Of a DNA stretch of 64,000 bases, positions 29,199-39,036 are shown piece by piece; within the stretch, counting starts at the first letter, position 1; every line of letters begins with the position of its first letter. The DNA is taken from assembly GCA_963932905.1 (NCBI GenBank), contig CAWVRN010000017.1:26790-90789 (forward strand), written 5' to 3'. The notes below the pieces were generated by a model that was given only the letters and a program-made list of their open reading frames with translations, was not told where the DNA came from and did no database searches. This DNA comes from an uncultured Bdellovibrio sp. (lineage in GTDB: Bacteria > Bdellovibrionota > Bdellovibrionia > Bdellovibrionales > Bdellovibrionaceae). Both the position numbers and the translations under genes were made by a program.

Positions 29199-31264
29199 CA
29201 CATTGGATGGTATTAAAAATTGCGGCTCGCAATGTTTTCTTACACCGAATGCGAACATTGGTAGTGGGTTCTATTTTGACTTTTGGCGCCTTCTTGGCGG
29301 TACTGGGGCACTCGTTTGTCGATGGTATTTCTAAAGGAATGGAGCATAGCACAACTCAAAGTATTACGGGCGATTTGCAAGTTTATAGCGAAAATGCGAA
29401 AGATCAATTGTCGGTCTTTGGAAATATGGATGGCTCCCCGGTGGATGTCGGTCACATGCCCAGTTTTTCAAAAACTCAAAAAGAATTGGCAACACATTCG
29501 CAAGTGGCTTCGGTGGTACCGATGGGTACCAGCTTTGCGCAAGTGAGCCCCGGAAATATCCTTGATCATTTCCTAGAAAAACTTCGTAAAACGTATAAGG
29601 ACCCTAAAAGAAATACGGTGGATTTGGAATCACAGAAACGTCGTGTGCGCTTTTTGGTCCAGGAAATTCAGAAAAACTTAGAAGGTAAATTCGAAGAAAT
29701 TGGAATTCTGTCGGCTGCAGATGCCGCGCAAGCAAAGGTAAACTTGGAAAAAGTTTCGAGAGATGATTTCTGGAATGATTTTGATCCCAACTACGAAGAC
29801 AAGATTGAGTTTTTGGCCAACAAGATCGCGCCATTAATTTTTGACGACAATATGATTTTCTTTAGCTATGTGGGAACCGATCCTCAATTATTTAAAGAAA
29901 AATTTCCTCAATTTGAAATCGTCAAAGGGGAAATGATTCCTCCAGGGACGCGTGGCTTTTTATTTCATGACTATTTTTATGAAAACATGGTCAAACACCG
30001 TATCGCGCGGCGTTTGGATCAAATTAAAAAGAAAATGAAAGATGACAACCTAACGATCGCAGGCAGTAAAGAGATACAAGATCAGATCAAAGCCAATGTT
30101 GAACAATCCGCGGAAATTTATTTGCAACTGGGGCCGGCGGAAACAGAGACTTTGTCTGCAAAACTAAACACCCTGCTGGGAACGAACGAAAAAGACTTCC
30201 GTGCTTTATTAAAAAATTATCTAGATATGAAAGACGACAATTTTCACGCACGCTACGATTTCTTCTATAAAGAGATTGCACCGCACGTGATTCTCCATCG
30301 TGTGCAGATTGGTGATGTATTGCCATTGTCGGCGTTCACTAAAGGCGGCTCTTCTACGGCAGTAAATATAAAAGTTTATGGTACATTTCGATTCAAGAGC
30401 TTTGAAAATTCTCCGCTTGCGGGAAACTTCAGTTTAATGGATTTAGTGTCACTGCGTGAACTCTATGGTTTCTTGACGGATGAGCGCCGCGAACAAAATA
30501 AAGAAATCGAAGCCGAAATGGGACTGAGTGATGTTGGGCGTGATTCCATTGAGGATCTGTTCTCGGGCGCAGCCACGGAAACTGAAACCAAAAAAGTAGC
30601 GCCAACTAAAAAAGTAGATCTGAGCTTTACCAAAAGAGTAGTGGGATCTAACTACTCTTCCGAAGAGCTTAACAACGGCATCTACCTCCATGCGGCGGTC
30701 TTTCTAAAGGACAAAGCTAAGCTAAGTTCCGTGTTGGAAGATTTAAATGAAATGTCTAAACGCGAGAAACTAGGTTGGAAAGCGGTTTCTTGGCAGGATG
30801 CCGCCGGTATGATCGGTCAAATGACGTTCATGATGAAAGCGATCTTAAATATTTTCATCGGAATTTCTTTGTTGTTGGCTGGATTCATGATTATGAATTC
30901 GCTACTCATGGCCGCGATGGATCGCAAGCAAGAAATCGGCACGATGAGAGCCATCGGTGCGCACGGCCAATTTATTTATCGTTTATTCTTTTATGAAACA
31001 TTGTTTATCAGTCTTTTGTTTGGAGGCATCGGTGTGATTCTAGGTTCGCTGGTTGTCTTATTGATTGGGAAAACAGGAATTCCGGCCAAAGGCGACGTAG
31101 CTACATTTTTCTTTTCCGGACCCAGGTTGTTTCTGCATTTAAATCCAAGCTTAGTTTTCATTGTCATTGCCATCATGATGGTAATAGCCATTTTAGCAAC
31201 CCAGTATCCGGCTTGGAAGGCTATGAAAATTTCACCACTTCAAGCGATGCAAAAGAGAGAATAA
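29195..31264 (+). CDS. FtsX/MacB-type ABC permease with very large periplasmic domain
   Basis: TM1, about 500-aa soluble region, 3 C-terminal TMs, EIGTMRAIG, YPAWKA. Confidence 0.85.
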   Translation: MTHWMVLKIAARNVFLHRMRTLVVGSILTFGAFLAVLGHSFVDGISKGMEHSTTQSITGDLQVYSENAKDQLSVFGNMDGSPVDVGHMPSFSKTQKELATHSQVASVVPMGTSFAQVSPGNILDHFLEKLRKTYKDPKRNTVDLESQKRRVRFLVQEIQKNLEGKFEEIGILSAADAAQAKVNLEKVSRDDFWNDFDPNYEDKIEFLANKIAPLIFDDNMIFFSYVGTDPQLFKEKFPQFEIVKGEMIPPGTRGFLFHDYFYENMVKHRIARRLDQIKKKMKDDNLTIAGSKEIQDQIKANVEQSAEIYLQLGPAETETLSAKLNTLLGTNEKDFRALLKNYLDMKDDNFHARYDFFYKEIAPHVILHRVQIGDVLPLSAFTKGGSSTAVNIKVYGTFRFKSFENSPLAGNFSLMDLVSLRELYGFLTDERREQNKEIEAEMGLSDVGRDSIEDLFSGAATETETKKVAPTKKVDLSFTKRVVGSNYSSEELNNGIYLHAAVFLKDKAKLSSVLEDLNEMSKREKLGWKAVSWQDAAGMIGQMTFMMKAILNIFIGISLLLAGFMIMNSLLMAAMDRKQEIGTMRAIGAHGQFIYRLFFYETLFISLLFGGIGVILGSLVVLLIGKTGIPAKGDVATFFFSGPRLFLHLNPSLVFIVIAIMMVIAILATQYPAWKAMKISPLQAMQKRE

Positions 31265-31265
31265 T

Positions 31266-32588
31266 ATGAATGTTTATTTTATTATTGCTTTAAGAAATAT
31301 TATTCAACGACGTGTGCGTAGTTTGATGCTTGCCGGTTCGATCGTTGCGGTTTCCGTTATTTTTTCGTTGCTTCTAGCGCTTGTAAATGGCGTGCAAAAA
31401 ACAATGGTGGGAAATGGAACGGCCTTGATGACGGGGCACTTGAATATTGCGGGGTTTTATAAAATCAGTCAAAGTTCGGCAAACCCTCAGGTGACAAAAT
31501 ATCCACCACTGATAAAATACGCGAAAGAAAAAATTCCCGAAGCGGAGATCATTGTGGATCGCGTGAAGGCCTACGGAAAGGTGATCTCGGAAACGGACTC
31601 TACAATGATTCCTATGTGGGGCGTCGGCATGGAACAAGAACAAAATGTTTTAGGCCGTCTCGAGGTTGTGGACTCAAAAGATCCAAATCACAGAAGTGAT
31701 CTTAACAAGCTTAGCGAACGTGGCACCATTGCACTATTTGAGGTGCATGCTAAAAAATTGAAAGTGAGTGTCGGCGACATGGTGACGGTGTCTTTACCGA
31801 CCTACCGAAACATGAATAATACAAAAGACGTCAAGGTCGTAGCGATTTTGAAAGACGTCGGGATGATGTCGCAGTTCAACGCCTACCTAAATTCTCATGA
31901 CGTGCGAGAACTTTATCAAAACAAACAGGACTCAACCGGACAAATCATGATTTATCTGAAAGATTTAACTCAGTTGCAAGCTGTTGAAGCGCGTATGCGC
32001 AAAGACCTGAGTGAAATGGGTTATATTTTGATGGACAAAGAAGCGAACCCCTTTTGGATGAAATTTGATCGCGTGGCCGGAGAATCTTGGACGGGGCAGA
32101 AATTAGACATCACAACCTGGGAAGATGAAACATCATTTTTGAAATGGGTAGTGAGTTTACTGGGTGCTTTGACATTTATTCTGACGATTGTTCTGTCTAT
32201 TATCATCGTAATGGGTTTAATCAACGCACTTTGGATGTCCGTTAAGGAAAGAACCACAGAAATTGGAACTCTACGTGCCATAGGCATGCAGAAATCAAAG
32301 GTGTTATGGATGTTCATGCTAGAGTCGATGATTCTATCAGTGTCTTCAACATTCGTGGGTCTGATATTAGCGGCCATCATTAGTGGCGTATTAAACGCGG
32401 CAGCGATTCCGTTAGAAAATGATGCATTTAAAATGTTCTTGATGACGAATAATCTGTCTTTTAATTTCGGTGGTGCCCAAGCCCTAATAACGTTCTTTTC
32501 GTTAGTTATCTTTTTCACGATTGGTTCCCTGATTCCGGCATTTCAGGCAGCGAAGTTAAGTCCCATCGTGGCCATCAATCAGTCTTAA
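31266..32588 (+). CDS. FtsX/MacB-type ABC permease
   Basis: ALRNI, ERTTEIGTLRAIG, IPAFQAAKLSP. Confidence 0.85.
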   Translation: MNVYFIIALRNIIQRRVRSLMLAGSIVAVSVIFSLLLALVNGVQKTMVGNGTALMTGHLNIAGFYKISQSSANPQVTKYPPLIKYAKEKIPEAEIIVDRVKAYGKVISETDSTMIPMWGVGMEQEQNVLGRLEVVDSKDPNHRSDLNKLSERGTIALFEVHAKKLKVSVGDMVTVSLPTYRNMNNTKDVKVVAILKDVGMMSQFNAYLNSHDVRELYQNKQDSTGQIMIYLKDLTQLQAVEARMRKDLSEMGYILMDKEANPFWMKFDRVAGESWTGQKLDITTWEDETSFLKWVVSLLGALTFILTIVLSIIIVMGLINALWMSVKERTTEIGTLRAIGMQKSKVLWMFMLESMILSVSSTFVGLILAAIISGVLNAAAIPLENDAFKMFLMTNNLSFNFGGAQALITFFSLVIFFTIGSLIPAFQAAKLSPIVAINQS

Positions 32589-32598
32589 GGAGTATTAT

Positions 32599-33393
32599 AT
32601 GACAAAATCGGTATTAAAAATTTTAGTGTCCATCGCGTTGCTTCCTTGCCTTACATGGGCAGAAAAAGAAAAGAAAGAAGAGCTCAGTCAGGGGCAAGCT
32701 GATGAAATCATTAAGTTGGTGGATGATCGTCAGCGCAATTCAGGCGATTACAAATCTTTGGTATTCGTAAAAGAGACAGAGAAAAATAAAGAGCCCCGAT
32801 TGTTCCAGGCGATGGTGTATCGACGTGATGATGATGATAAATTTATGATTTTATTCACCAAACCGAAAGAAGAAGCCGGTAAAGCTTATTTGAAAATCGA
32901 TAAGAATCTTTGGAACTACGATCCGGGAACGGGCAAGTGGGAAAGGCGCACAGAGCGCGAAAAATTAGCTGGTACCAATTCACGTCGTAGCGATTTTGAC
33001 GAATCTAGACTTACCGTTGAATACACCACCAAATATGAAGGTTCAGACAAGCTAGGTACCTATAAAGTGTACAAATTTAAACTGACGGCTAAGGAGGGCG
33101 TTGATGTGGCCTATCCGATTTTAAGTTTATGGGTGGATCAAGCCGACAAGAATATTTTAAAACGTGAAGAGTACGCCTTGAGCGGAAAATTAATGCGCTC
33201 TTCATTTTATCCGAAATGGAATAAGAAATTCAGCGAGTCAAAAAAAGGTGATGTTTGGATTCCAGAGGAGATTCGCATTTTTGACGAATTGGAAAAGGGT
33301 AATTCTACCATTGTTCTAATTAAAGAAACCGATCTGGGAAAGTTAGAAGAGAACATGTTCACGAAAGCATGGATTGAAAGTAAGAGTAAGTAA
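32599..33393 (+). CDS. LolA-like outer membrane lipoprotein-sorting family protein
   Basis: Signal peptide; MILFTKPKEEAGKAYLK, LWNYDP, GTNSRRSDF, MFTKAW. Confidence 0.75.
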   Translation: MTKSVLKILVSIALLPCLTWAEKEKKEELSQGQADEIIKLVDDRQRNSGDYKSLVFVKETEKNKEPRLFQAMVYRRDDDDKFMILFTKPKEEAGKAYLKIDKNLWNYDPGTGKWERRTEREKLAGTNSRRSDFDESRLTVEYTTKYEGSDKLGTYKVYKFKLTAKEGVDVAYPILSLWVDQADKNILKREEYALSGKLMRSSFYPKWNKKFSESKKGDVWIPEEIRIFDELEKGNSTIVLIKETDLGKLEENMFTKAWIESKSK

Positions 33394-34613
33394 TGACAAA
33401 GATGTTAAAATCACTAATCGTAGTTTTTTTGCTGGCTTCCATAGCTCGAACAGAGGAGTTTCCTGGCGAGACACCAACAACAGCGATTGAAGATGAGTTT
33501 GAAAAAGGTTTTTCAAAAAACAAAGGAATGCGTGACGAAGACCATCGTTTTGTCGAAGGTGACCGTTTGAAAATTGGTGGTTACCTACAAGCCGAATGGA
33601 TGGCGTATCAGTTGGAAAATTCGGCCACACAAGATTTTATTACCAGCCCCATGACTTTAGAACTGTACATGGACGCGCAGCTCAGAAATGATGTTCGTGC
33701 TTTTTTTAAAGGTCGTTTGCTGCATGATGCTTCCGTGGATGAATCAGTTCCGTCTCCGTTTACTGGCGCACCTCAAAAGCAAAACAGTAGTGTTCTGGAT
33801 GAAATGAAAATCAGTTTTCACACTCAGAGAAAAATATTTTGGACTATCGGTCGCCAGAAAATCAAATGGGGAGCTTCGAAATTTTGGAATCCGACAGATT
33901 TCCTGAATATGCAAAAGCGCGATTTCTTGCGCCAGGAAGATTTGCGATCTGGTGTTTCTATGGTGAAGGCCCATATTCCGTGGAAAGATGCGAATTTCTA
34001 TATTTTAGGAGTGAACGAAGCGGCCAGTGAAAGCAGTCAAAACGGTTTAGGTGGACGCTTCGAATTGCCGTTCCAAACCGCTGAGTGGTCCGTTTCTAGT
34101 TATAGTCGCAAAGGTCAGAAAACTAAATTAGGCTCTGATATTTCATTCGCTATGGGCGATTTCGACGTTTATTTTGAAGGCGCTCAGACTGATTTCGCGA
34201 CGGACAAAAGTGCCAGTGGTGGTTTGTCGTATGAATTTAAATATAACGATGAAGATACGGCGATGTTAGGTGTCGAAGGATTCTGGCAAGAAAATGGAGT
34301 GGACGATAAGGCCAGCTATATGGCTTTGGTGACTTCTGGAAAGTTTGTTCCTTTCTATGTGGGCAAGTCCTACACAGCGGCCTCACTCTATATGTTGAAG
34401 CCAGGCTCATGGAACAATTCGAACGTGTTGTTTTTCGCTATGTCCAACAATAATGATCGTAGTCAGTACTATCGAGTAACTTGGATTTACACCGGGGCTT
34501 CGGATTTACAATGGACCGTGGCTTTGGGGGGGCGTACCGGCGCAACGGGTTCAGAAATGAAGTTATTCAACCAAACATATGATGGTTGGGTGCAAATGCG
34601 AGTTGCTTTTTAG
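33393..34613 (+). CDS. Probable outer membrane beta-barrel protein
   Basis: Signal peptide, IGRQKIKWG...WNPTD, alternating beta pattern, C-terminal aromatic (VQMRVAF). Confidence 0.7.
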   Translation: MTKMLKSLIVVFLLASIARTEEFPGETPTTAIEDEFEKGFSKNKGMRDEDHRFVEGDRLKIGGYLQAEWMAYQLENSATQDFITSPMTLELYMDAQLRNDVRAFFKGRLLHDASVDESVPSPFTGAPQKQNSSVLDEMKISFHTQRKIFWTIGRQKIKWGASKFWNPTDFLNMQKRDFLRQEDLRSGVSMVKAHIPWKDANFYILGVNEAASESSQNGLGGRFELPFQTAEWSVSSYSRKGQKTKLGSDISFAMGDFDVYFEGAQTDFATDKSASGGLSYEFKYNDEDTAMLGVEGFWQENGVDDKASYMALVTSGKFVPFYVGKSYTAASLYMLKPGSWNNSNVLFFAMSNNNDRSQYYRVTWIYTGASDLQWTVALGGRTGATGSEMKLFNQTYDGWVQMRVAF

Positions 34614-34681
34614 AATCAGCGTGGTGGCGGCAGAGATTGGCCGTTATGGTCTTTTAACGCGTAGTTTGAGAAATTCTAATT

Positions 34682-34700
34682 GAAAATGATTATCATTTCA
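34682..34700 (+). promoter_or_regulatory. Fur box upstream of fur
   Basis: GAAAATGATTATCATTTCA, 14/19 match to GATAATGATAATCATTATC; perfect 7-1-7 AAATGAT-T-ATCATTT (34684-34698). Confidence 0.75.
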
Positions 34701-34730
34701 GGTATTCCCCCATGCAGGGAGAGTTCAACT

Positions 34731-35237
34731 ATGTTTAACCATTCAAACCGTCAAAGTGAAACCGTACTGCCAATTCCATCGAGCAATGAAACCAGTTATT
34801 TTGACGAAAGCTGGACGGAAGAAGATTTAAAACAAATCATTCGCAAGATGAATTTGAAAGTCACACCTCAACGCATTTTGATTTTACAAACTTTGCACGA
34901 AGGCCGAGTTCATATCACAGCGCAAGAGCTTTATGAGAAAGTGCAGAAAATCAATTCTGATGTGGGGTTCGCTACTGTTTATCGATTCCTAAAAGGTATG
35001 GCCGAAGCCCGTGTAGTGACAGAGTTGCGCATGGGATCTATGCCAACACGCTATGAATTAACTCCGAAGAAACATCATGATCATATGACGTGCACAGCGT
35101 GCGGGAAAATCGTTGAATTTCAGAACAAAAACATAGAAGATCATCAAGAAAAAGTGGCCAAGCAATACGGCTTCAAGCTGACTCATCACGTTCTTGAACT
35201 CTATGGAATTTGTACTTCATGCCAGATGAAAAAATAA
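34731..35237 (+). CDS. fur: Fur family transcriptional repressor
   Basis: TPQR, ATVYRFL, HHDHMTCTACG, YGICTSC; start taken at ATG 34731 after AGGGAG. Confidence 0.88.
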   Translation: MFNHSNRQSETVLPIPSSNETSYFDESWTEEDLKQIIRKMNLKVTPQRILILQTLHEGRVHITAQELYEKVQKINSDVGFATVYRFLKGMAEARVVTELRMGSMPTRYELTPKKHHDHMTCTACGKIVEFQNKNIEDHQEKVAKQYGFKLTHHVLELYGICTSCQMKK

Positions 35238-37888
35238 ATGACTTTATAATCATTAAAAATGCGCGCGAACATAATCTCAAAGAAATTGATATCAAGATTC
35301 CGCGCAATAAAATTACGGTTTTAACTGGACTTAGTGGCTCAGGAAAATCGTCGTTGGCATTTGACACCATTTATGCCGAAGGACAACGTCGTTACATCGA
35401 TAGTTTGTCATCGTATGCAAAGAATTTCTTAGATCAATTGAAGAAACCAGAATTAGATTCCATCACGGGTTTATCGCCGGCGCTTGCCATTGATCAAAAG
35501 TCAGCCGGAACAAATCCTCGTTCTACAGTGGGCACTATAACTGAAATTTACGACTACCTTCGTTTGCTTTTTGCCAAAGTCGGCGTACCCGAATGTCCGA
35601 CCCATCATATTCCTGTTGAATCACAAACACCGCAGGACATGTTAGAAGGTGTGCTTCGTTTAGGGGAAGGTTCAAAGGTTTTTATTTTAGCTCCGATGGC
35701 GCAAAATAAAAAAGGCGAGTTTTTGGCTGAATTTCAAAAATGGTTTAAGAAGGGATTCATCAAAGCCAAAGTTGATGGCGAGTTTATCGAGTTAGATAAA
35801 GCGAAAAAATTAACGAAAACTAAAGCTCATAATATTGATCTGGTTGTGGATCAGGTCATCGTTAAAGATAGCGTAAAGACGCGTATTGCGGAAAGTTTAA
35901 ATACCGCGATTCAAATGGCCGATGGTCAAGTGATCATTGAAACGACTCAAGGTAAACGGACTTTGTTTTCATTAAAGTCATCGTGTCCAGTCTGTGGCTT
36001 TGCCTTCCCGGAATTAGAACCGCGTTTATTTAGCTTCAATAATCCGCGTGGTTATTGTGAAACGTGTAAAGGTCTTGGGACTTTAGATTTCATTGAAGAA
36101 GAAGTGTACGCTGATGGTGATGAAGGATCTCGAAAATTAGAAAAAGTTAAATACGTTTTGAAAAACCAATCCCAATCCGAAGACGACGAAGAAAATTCAT
36201 TCGAGCCAGAGATTCAAGATTGCCCGGACTGCCATGGTGGACGATTAAAACCTGAAAGTCTGAATGTCAAAATCACAGACAAAAATATTGTTGAACTAGC
36301 GAACCTAAATTTAACGGAGCTGAAAACGTGGCTTGATAATTATGCTCAAGGTAAAAAGTTAAAAGAGCGCGAGAAGTATTTAGCCGATAAAATCATCGCG
36401 CAAATTCAATCGCGTATTCAGTACTTGTTGCAGGTGGGTACCGGTTACTTGAGTCTGAATCGCACAGCTCGAACTTTGTCGGGTGGTGAATCTCAGCGTA
36501 TTCGTTTAGCGACGCAAGTGGGATCTTCGTTAATTGGAATCCTGTACGTGATGGATGAACCAAGCATCGGTCTTCATCCGCGCGATCATCATCGTTTATT
36601 AAAAGTAATTGAAGAACTACGGGATCGAGGCAATACGGTTCTGCTTGTCGAGCATGACGAAGACACAATTCGTGCGTCTGATTTTGTGGTCGATCTAGGT
36701 CCCGGCGCTGGTAAATATGGCGGCGAGATTTTAGCGCAAGGAACGCCAGCAGAAATCGAGAAAAATAAAAATTCAATCACGGGGCAGTATCTGAGCGGTG
36801 CGAAGAGCGTACCAATGCCAGCAAAGCGTCGTCCTGGTAACGGTAAGTTTATCGAAATCAAGGGTGCTCGTGGCAATAATTTAAAAAATGTCGATGCAAA
36901 AATCCCGTTGGGGTTGTTCCTGTGTGTGACGGGTGTTTCTGGAAGCGGAAAAAGTACGCTGATCATGGATACGCTCTACAAACATTTAGCGGCCAAGTTT
37001 TATAAAGCACAAGTCAAGGCATCGCCATTTGATTCCATCACGGGACTAGAGCATATCGATAAAGTGATCGAGATCGACCAAAAGCCGATCGGTCGTACGC
37101 CTCGTTCAACGCCAGCGACCTATGTTGGATTGTTGCCTTTGATTCGAGATCTTTACGCGCAAATTCCGGAATCAAAACTGCGTGGTTATGGTCCGGGCCG
37201 TTTTAGCTTTAACACCAAAGGTGGTCGCTGCGAAACCTGCCAAGGTCATGGTCAAATCAAAATGGAAATGCACTTTTTAACAGATGTGTATGTTCCGTGT
37301 GATGTGTGTCAGGGAAAACGCTATAATCGAGAAACTTTGGTTGTAAAATACAAAGATAAAAATATCTCTGACGTTCTAGAAATGTCGGTTGTCGAAGCGC
37401 TGGATTTTTTCAAAAACCACAGTCAGATTCATAGAAAACTAGAAACGCTGAACCAAGTAGGTTTGAGTTACATGACTCTGGGGCAAAGTTCGACGACGTT
37501 GTCGGGCGGTGAAGCTCAGCGTGTGAAATTATCGAAGGAACTTTCTAAACGCAGTACGGGTAAAACTCTGTATATTTTGGATGAACCAACAACGGGCCTT
37601 CACTTTGAAGATATCCGTAAACTGGTTGAACTTTTACAAGAGCTAGCTGAGCAAGGCAACACCGTCATGGTGATTGAGCACAATCTTGAAGTAATTAAAA
37701 CTGTCGATCACATCATAGATTTAGGCCCCGATGGCGGCAATGCTGGCGGTGAAATTGTAGTGACGGGAACGCCAGAACAAGTCGCCAAAAATTCGCGCAG
37801 TGAAATTGCTAAATTCTTGAAACCGATTCTGGCTAACGGATCTGGGAAAAAAGTCAGCGTGCCAGTTGATATGAAGGTTTTGAAATAA
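35219..37888 (+). CDS. uvrA: Excinuclease ABC subunit A
   Basis: AREHNLK, GLSGSGKSSLAFDTIYAEGQRRY, FSFN zinc fingers, two ABC domains. Confidence 0.96.
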   Translation: MPDEKINDFIIIKNAREHNLKEIDIKIPRNKITVLTGLSGSGKSSLAFDTIYAEGQRRYIDSLSSYAKNFLDQLKKPELDSITGLSPALAIDQKSAGTNPRSTVGTITEIYDYLRLLFAKVGVPECPTHHIPVESQTPQDMLEGVLRLGEGSKVFILAPMAQNKKGEFLAEFQKWFKKGFIKAKVDGEFIELDKAKKLTKTKAHNIDLVVDQVIVKDSVKTRIAESLNTAIQMADGQVIIETTQGKRTLFSLKSSCPVCGFAFPELEPRLFSFNNPRGYCETCKGLGTLDFIEEEVYADGDEGSRKLEKVKYVLKNQSQSEDDEENSFEPEIQDCPDCHGGRLKPESLNVKITDKNIVELANLNLTELKTWLDNYAQGKKLKEREKYLADKIIAQIQSRIQYLLQVGTGYLSLNRTARTLSGGESQRIRLATQVGSSLIGILYVMDEPSIGLHPRDHHRLLKVIEELRDRGNTVLLVEHDEDTIRASDFVVDLGPGAGKYGGEILAQGTPAEIEKNKNSITGQYLSGAKSVPMPAKRRPGNGKFIEIKGARGNNLKNVDAKIPLGLFLCVTGVSGSGKSTLIMDTLYKHLAAKFYKAQVKASPFDSITGLEHIDKVIEIDQKPIGRTPRSTPATYVGLLPLIRDLYAQIPESKLRGYGPGRFSFNTKGGRCETCQGHGQIKMEMHFLTDVYVPCDVCQGKRYNRETLVVKYKDKNISDVLEMSVVEALDFFKNHSQIHRKLETLNQVGLSYMTLGQSSTTLSGGEAQRVKLSKELSKRSTGKTLYILDEPTTGLHFEDIRKLVELLQELAEQGNTVMVIEHNLEVIKTVDHIIDLGPDGGNAGGEIVVTGTPEQVAKNSRSEIAKFLKPILANGSGKKVSVPVDMKVLK

Positions 37889-37909
37889 TTTCTGAAAAAG
37901 CTTCTTGGT

Positions 37910-38944
37910 TTAGAATGAAGCTTTTCCTATAACGCTACCCGTGTAAAAGAGTTTGTCGCCATAGTTTCCAGTACCTTCTCCGAATTGGCCGATGGATAAA
38001 CTTGGTATTAAGCTAAATCCCTCTGAAAGGTTAACTTTTGAATACGCAGTCAGAGTTGTAAACGATAATCCCGAGTTCTCGTATTCATAACCATTGGACT
38101 TGCTAGTGCTTCTTTCAATTTTAGTATAATCGATTGATCCACCGAGGCTGGCTTTAGTTACATTAATTTCTGTAAAAAGTGACGCATTTTGAATGTTTCC
38201 GCCAGTGGATTTACTTTCTGACTTAACACCATCTGTATTTGTGAATTTATAGGTTCTTTCAGAGCGAAACGAATAAGAAATAGTTCCACCAGCAACTAGA
38301 TTCGAATTATTATTATAAACGGAGAGTGTTGGAATCAACGAGCTGCCGCCGTCTTTAGCGTCAGATTCAGAATCGGAGTCAGAGATGTCTTTGCTTTCGT
38401 TAACACCCGTAGAAACTTTCGCAGAAAGGGCCAAGAGTATCGTAACAGGTACTGTTCGAATTCGACCACCTACGGTGATGAGTGGATCACTGACACCGTT
38501 GATACTGGAACTATTATCACTCGTGTAGTCCGGCGTATCATTACTAACCCAGTGGGATCTAATTTTTGCTTGAGTGTGGTTAACGGTTGTTCCGATAAAA
38601 ATAGCGTCGCTCAATGCATGGGCGGCAGAAAATGTTCCGATCGTATAATCGGAATCAGATTTTACTGAACCGTACGTCTGACGATTGCTAATCTTAATTT
38701 TGGCAGCGGATAAACCAAATGCGATTTCAGTTCCTTCAGAAGGTGCTAAAAAATTAGATCTCAGTACCAGATCGTAGGGGCTTTTAGAAACGTAAAAGGC
38801 TGTTGGCGTGGTCTCATTGGATTTTGAAGTGGTCGTTTGACGGTATTCAGTTGAGCCGTTTGGAATGCTGGATTTCCCAGGCGCACCTAAAACAGACAGT
38901 GATGAAAGTGCAATCATGGCAGACACCCAATTAGATTTAATCAT
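37910..38944 (-). CDS. Hypothetical outer membrane beta-barrel protein
   Basis: Signal peptide, S/T/G-rich alternating strands, C-terminal Phe. Confidence 0.65.
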   Translation of the reverse strand: MIKSNWVSAMIALSSLSVLGAPGKSSIPNGSTEYRQTTTSKSNETTPTAFYVSKSPYDLVLRSNFLAPSEGTEIAFGLSAAKIKISNRQTYGSVKSDSDYTIGTFSAAHALSDAIFIGTTVNHTQAKIRSHWVSNDTPDYTSDNSSSINGVSDPLITVGGRIRTVPVTILLALSAKVSTGVNESKDISDSDSESDAKDGGSSLIPTLSVYNNNSNLVAGGTISYSFRSERTYKFTNTDGVKSESKSTGGNIQNASLFTEINVTKASLGGSIDYTKIERSTSKSNGYEYENSGLSFTTLTAYSKVNLSEGFSLIPSLSIGQFGEGTGNYGDKLFYTGSVIGKASF

Positions 38945-39036
38945 AGCAAGTCCCCTTAAAAATGAGGTTTAAATTTGCGTAAGATTATGTGATTGATGCA
39001 GTAAAATCCAATGTCATCTGTTTTTACATGAACTAT

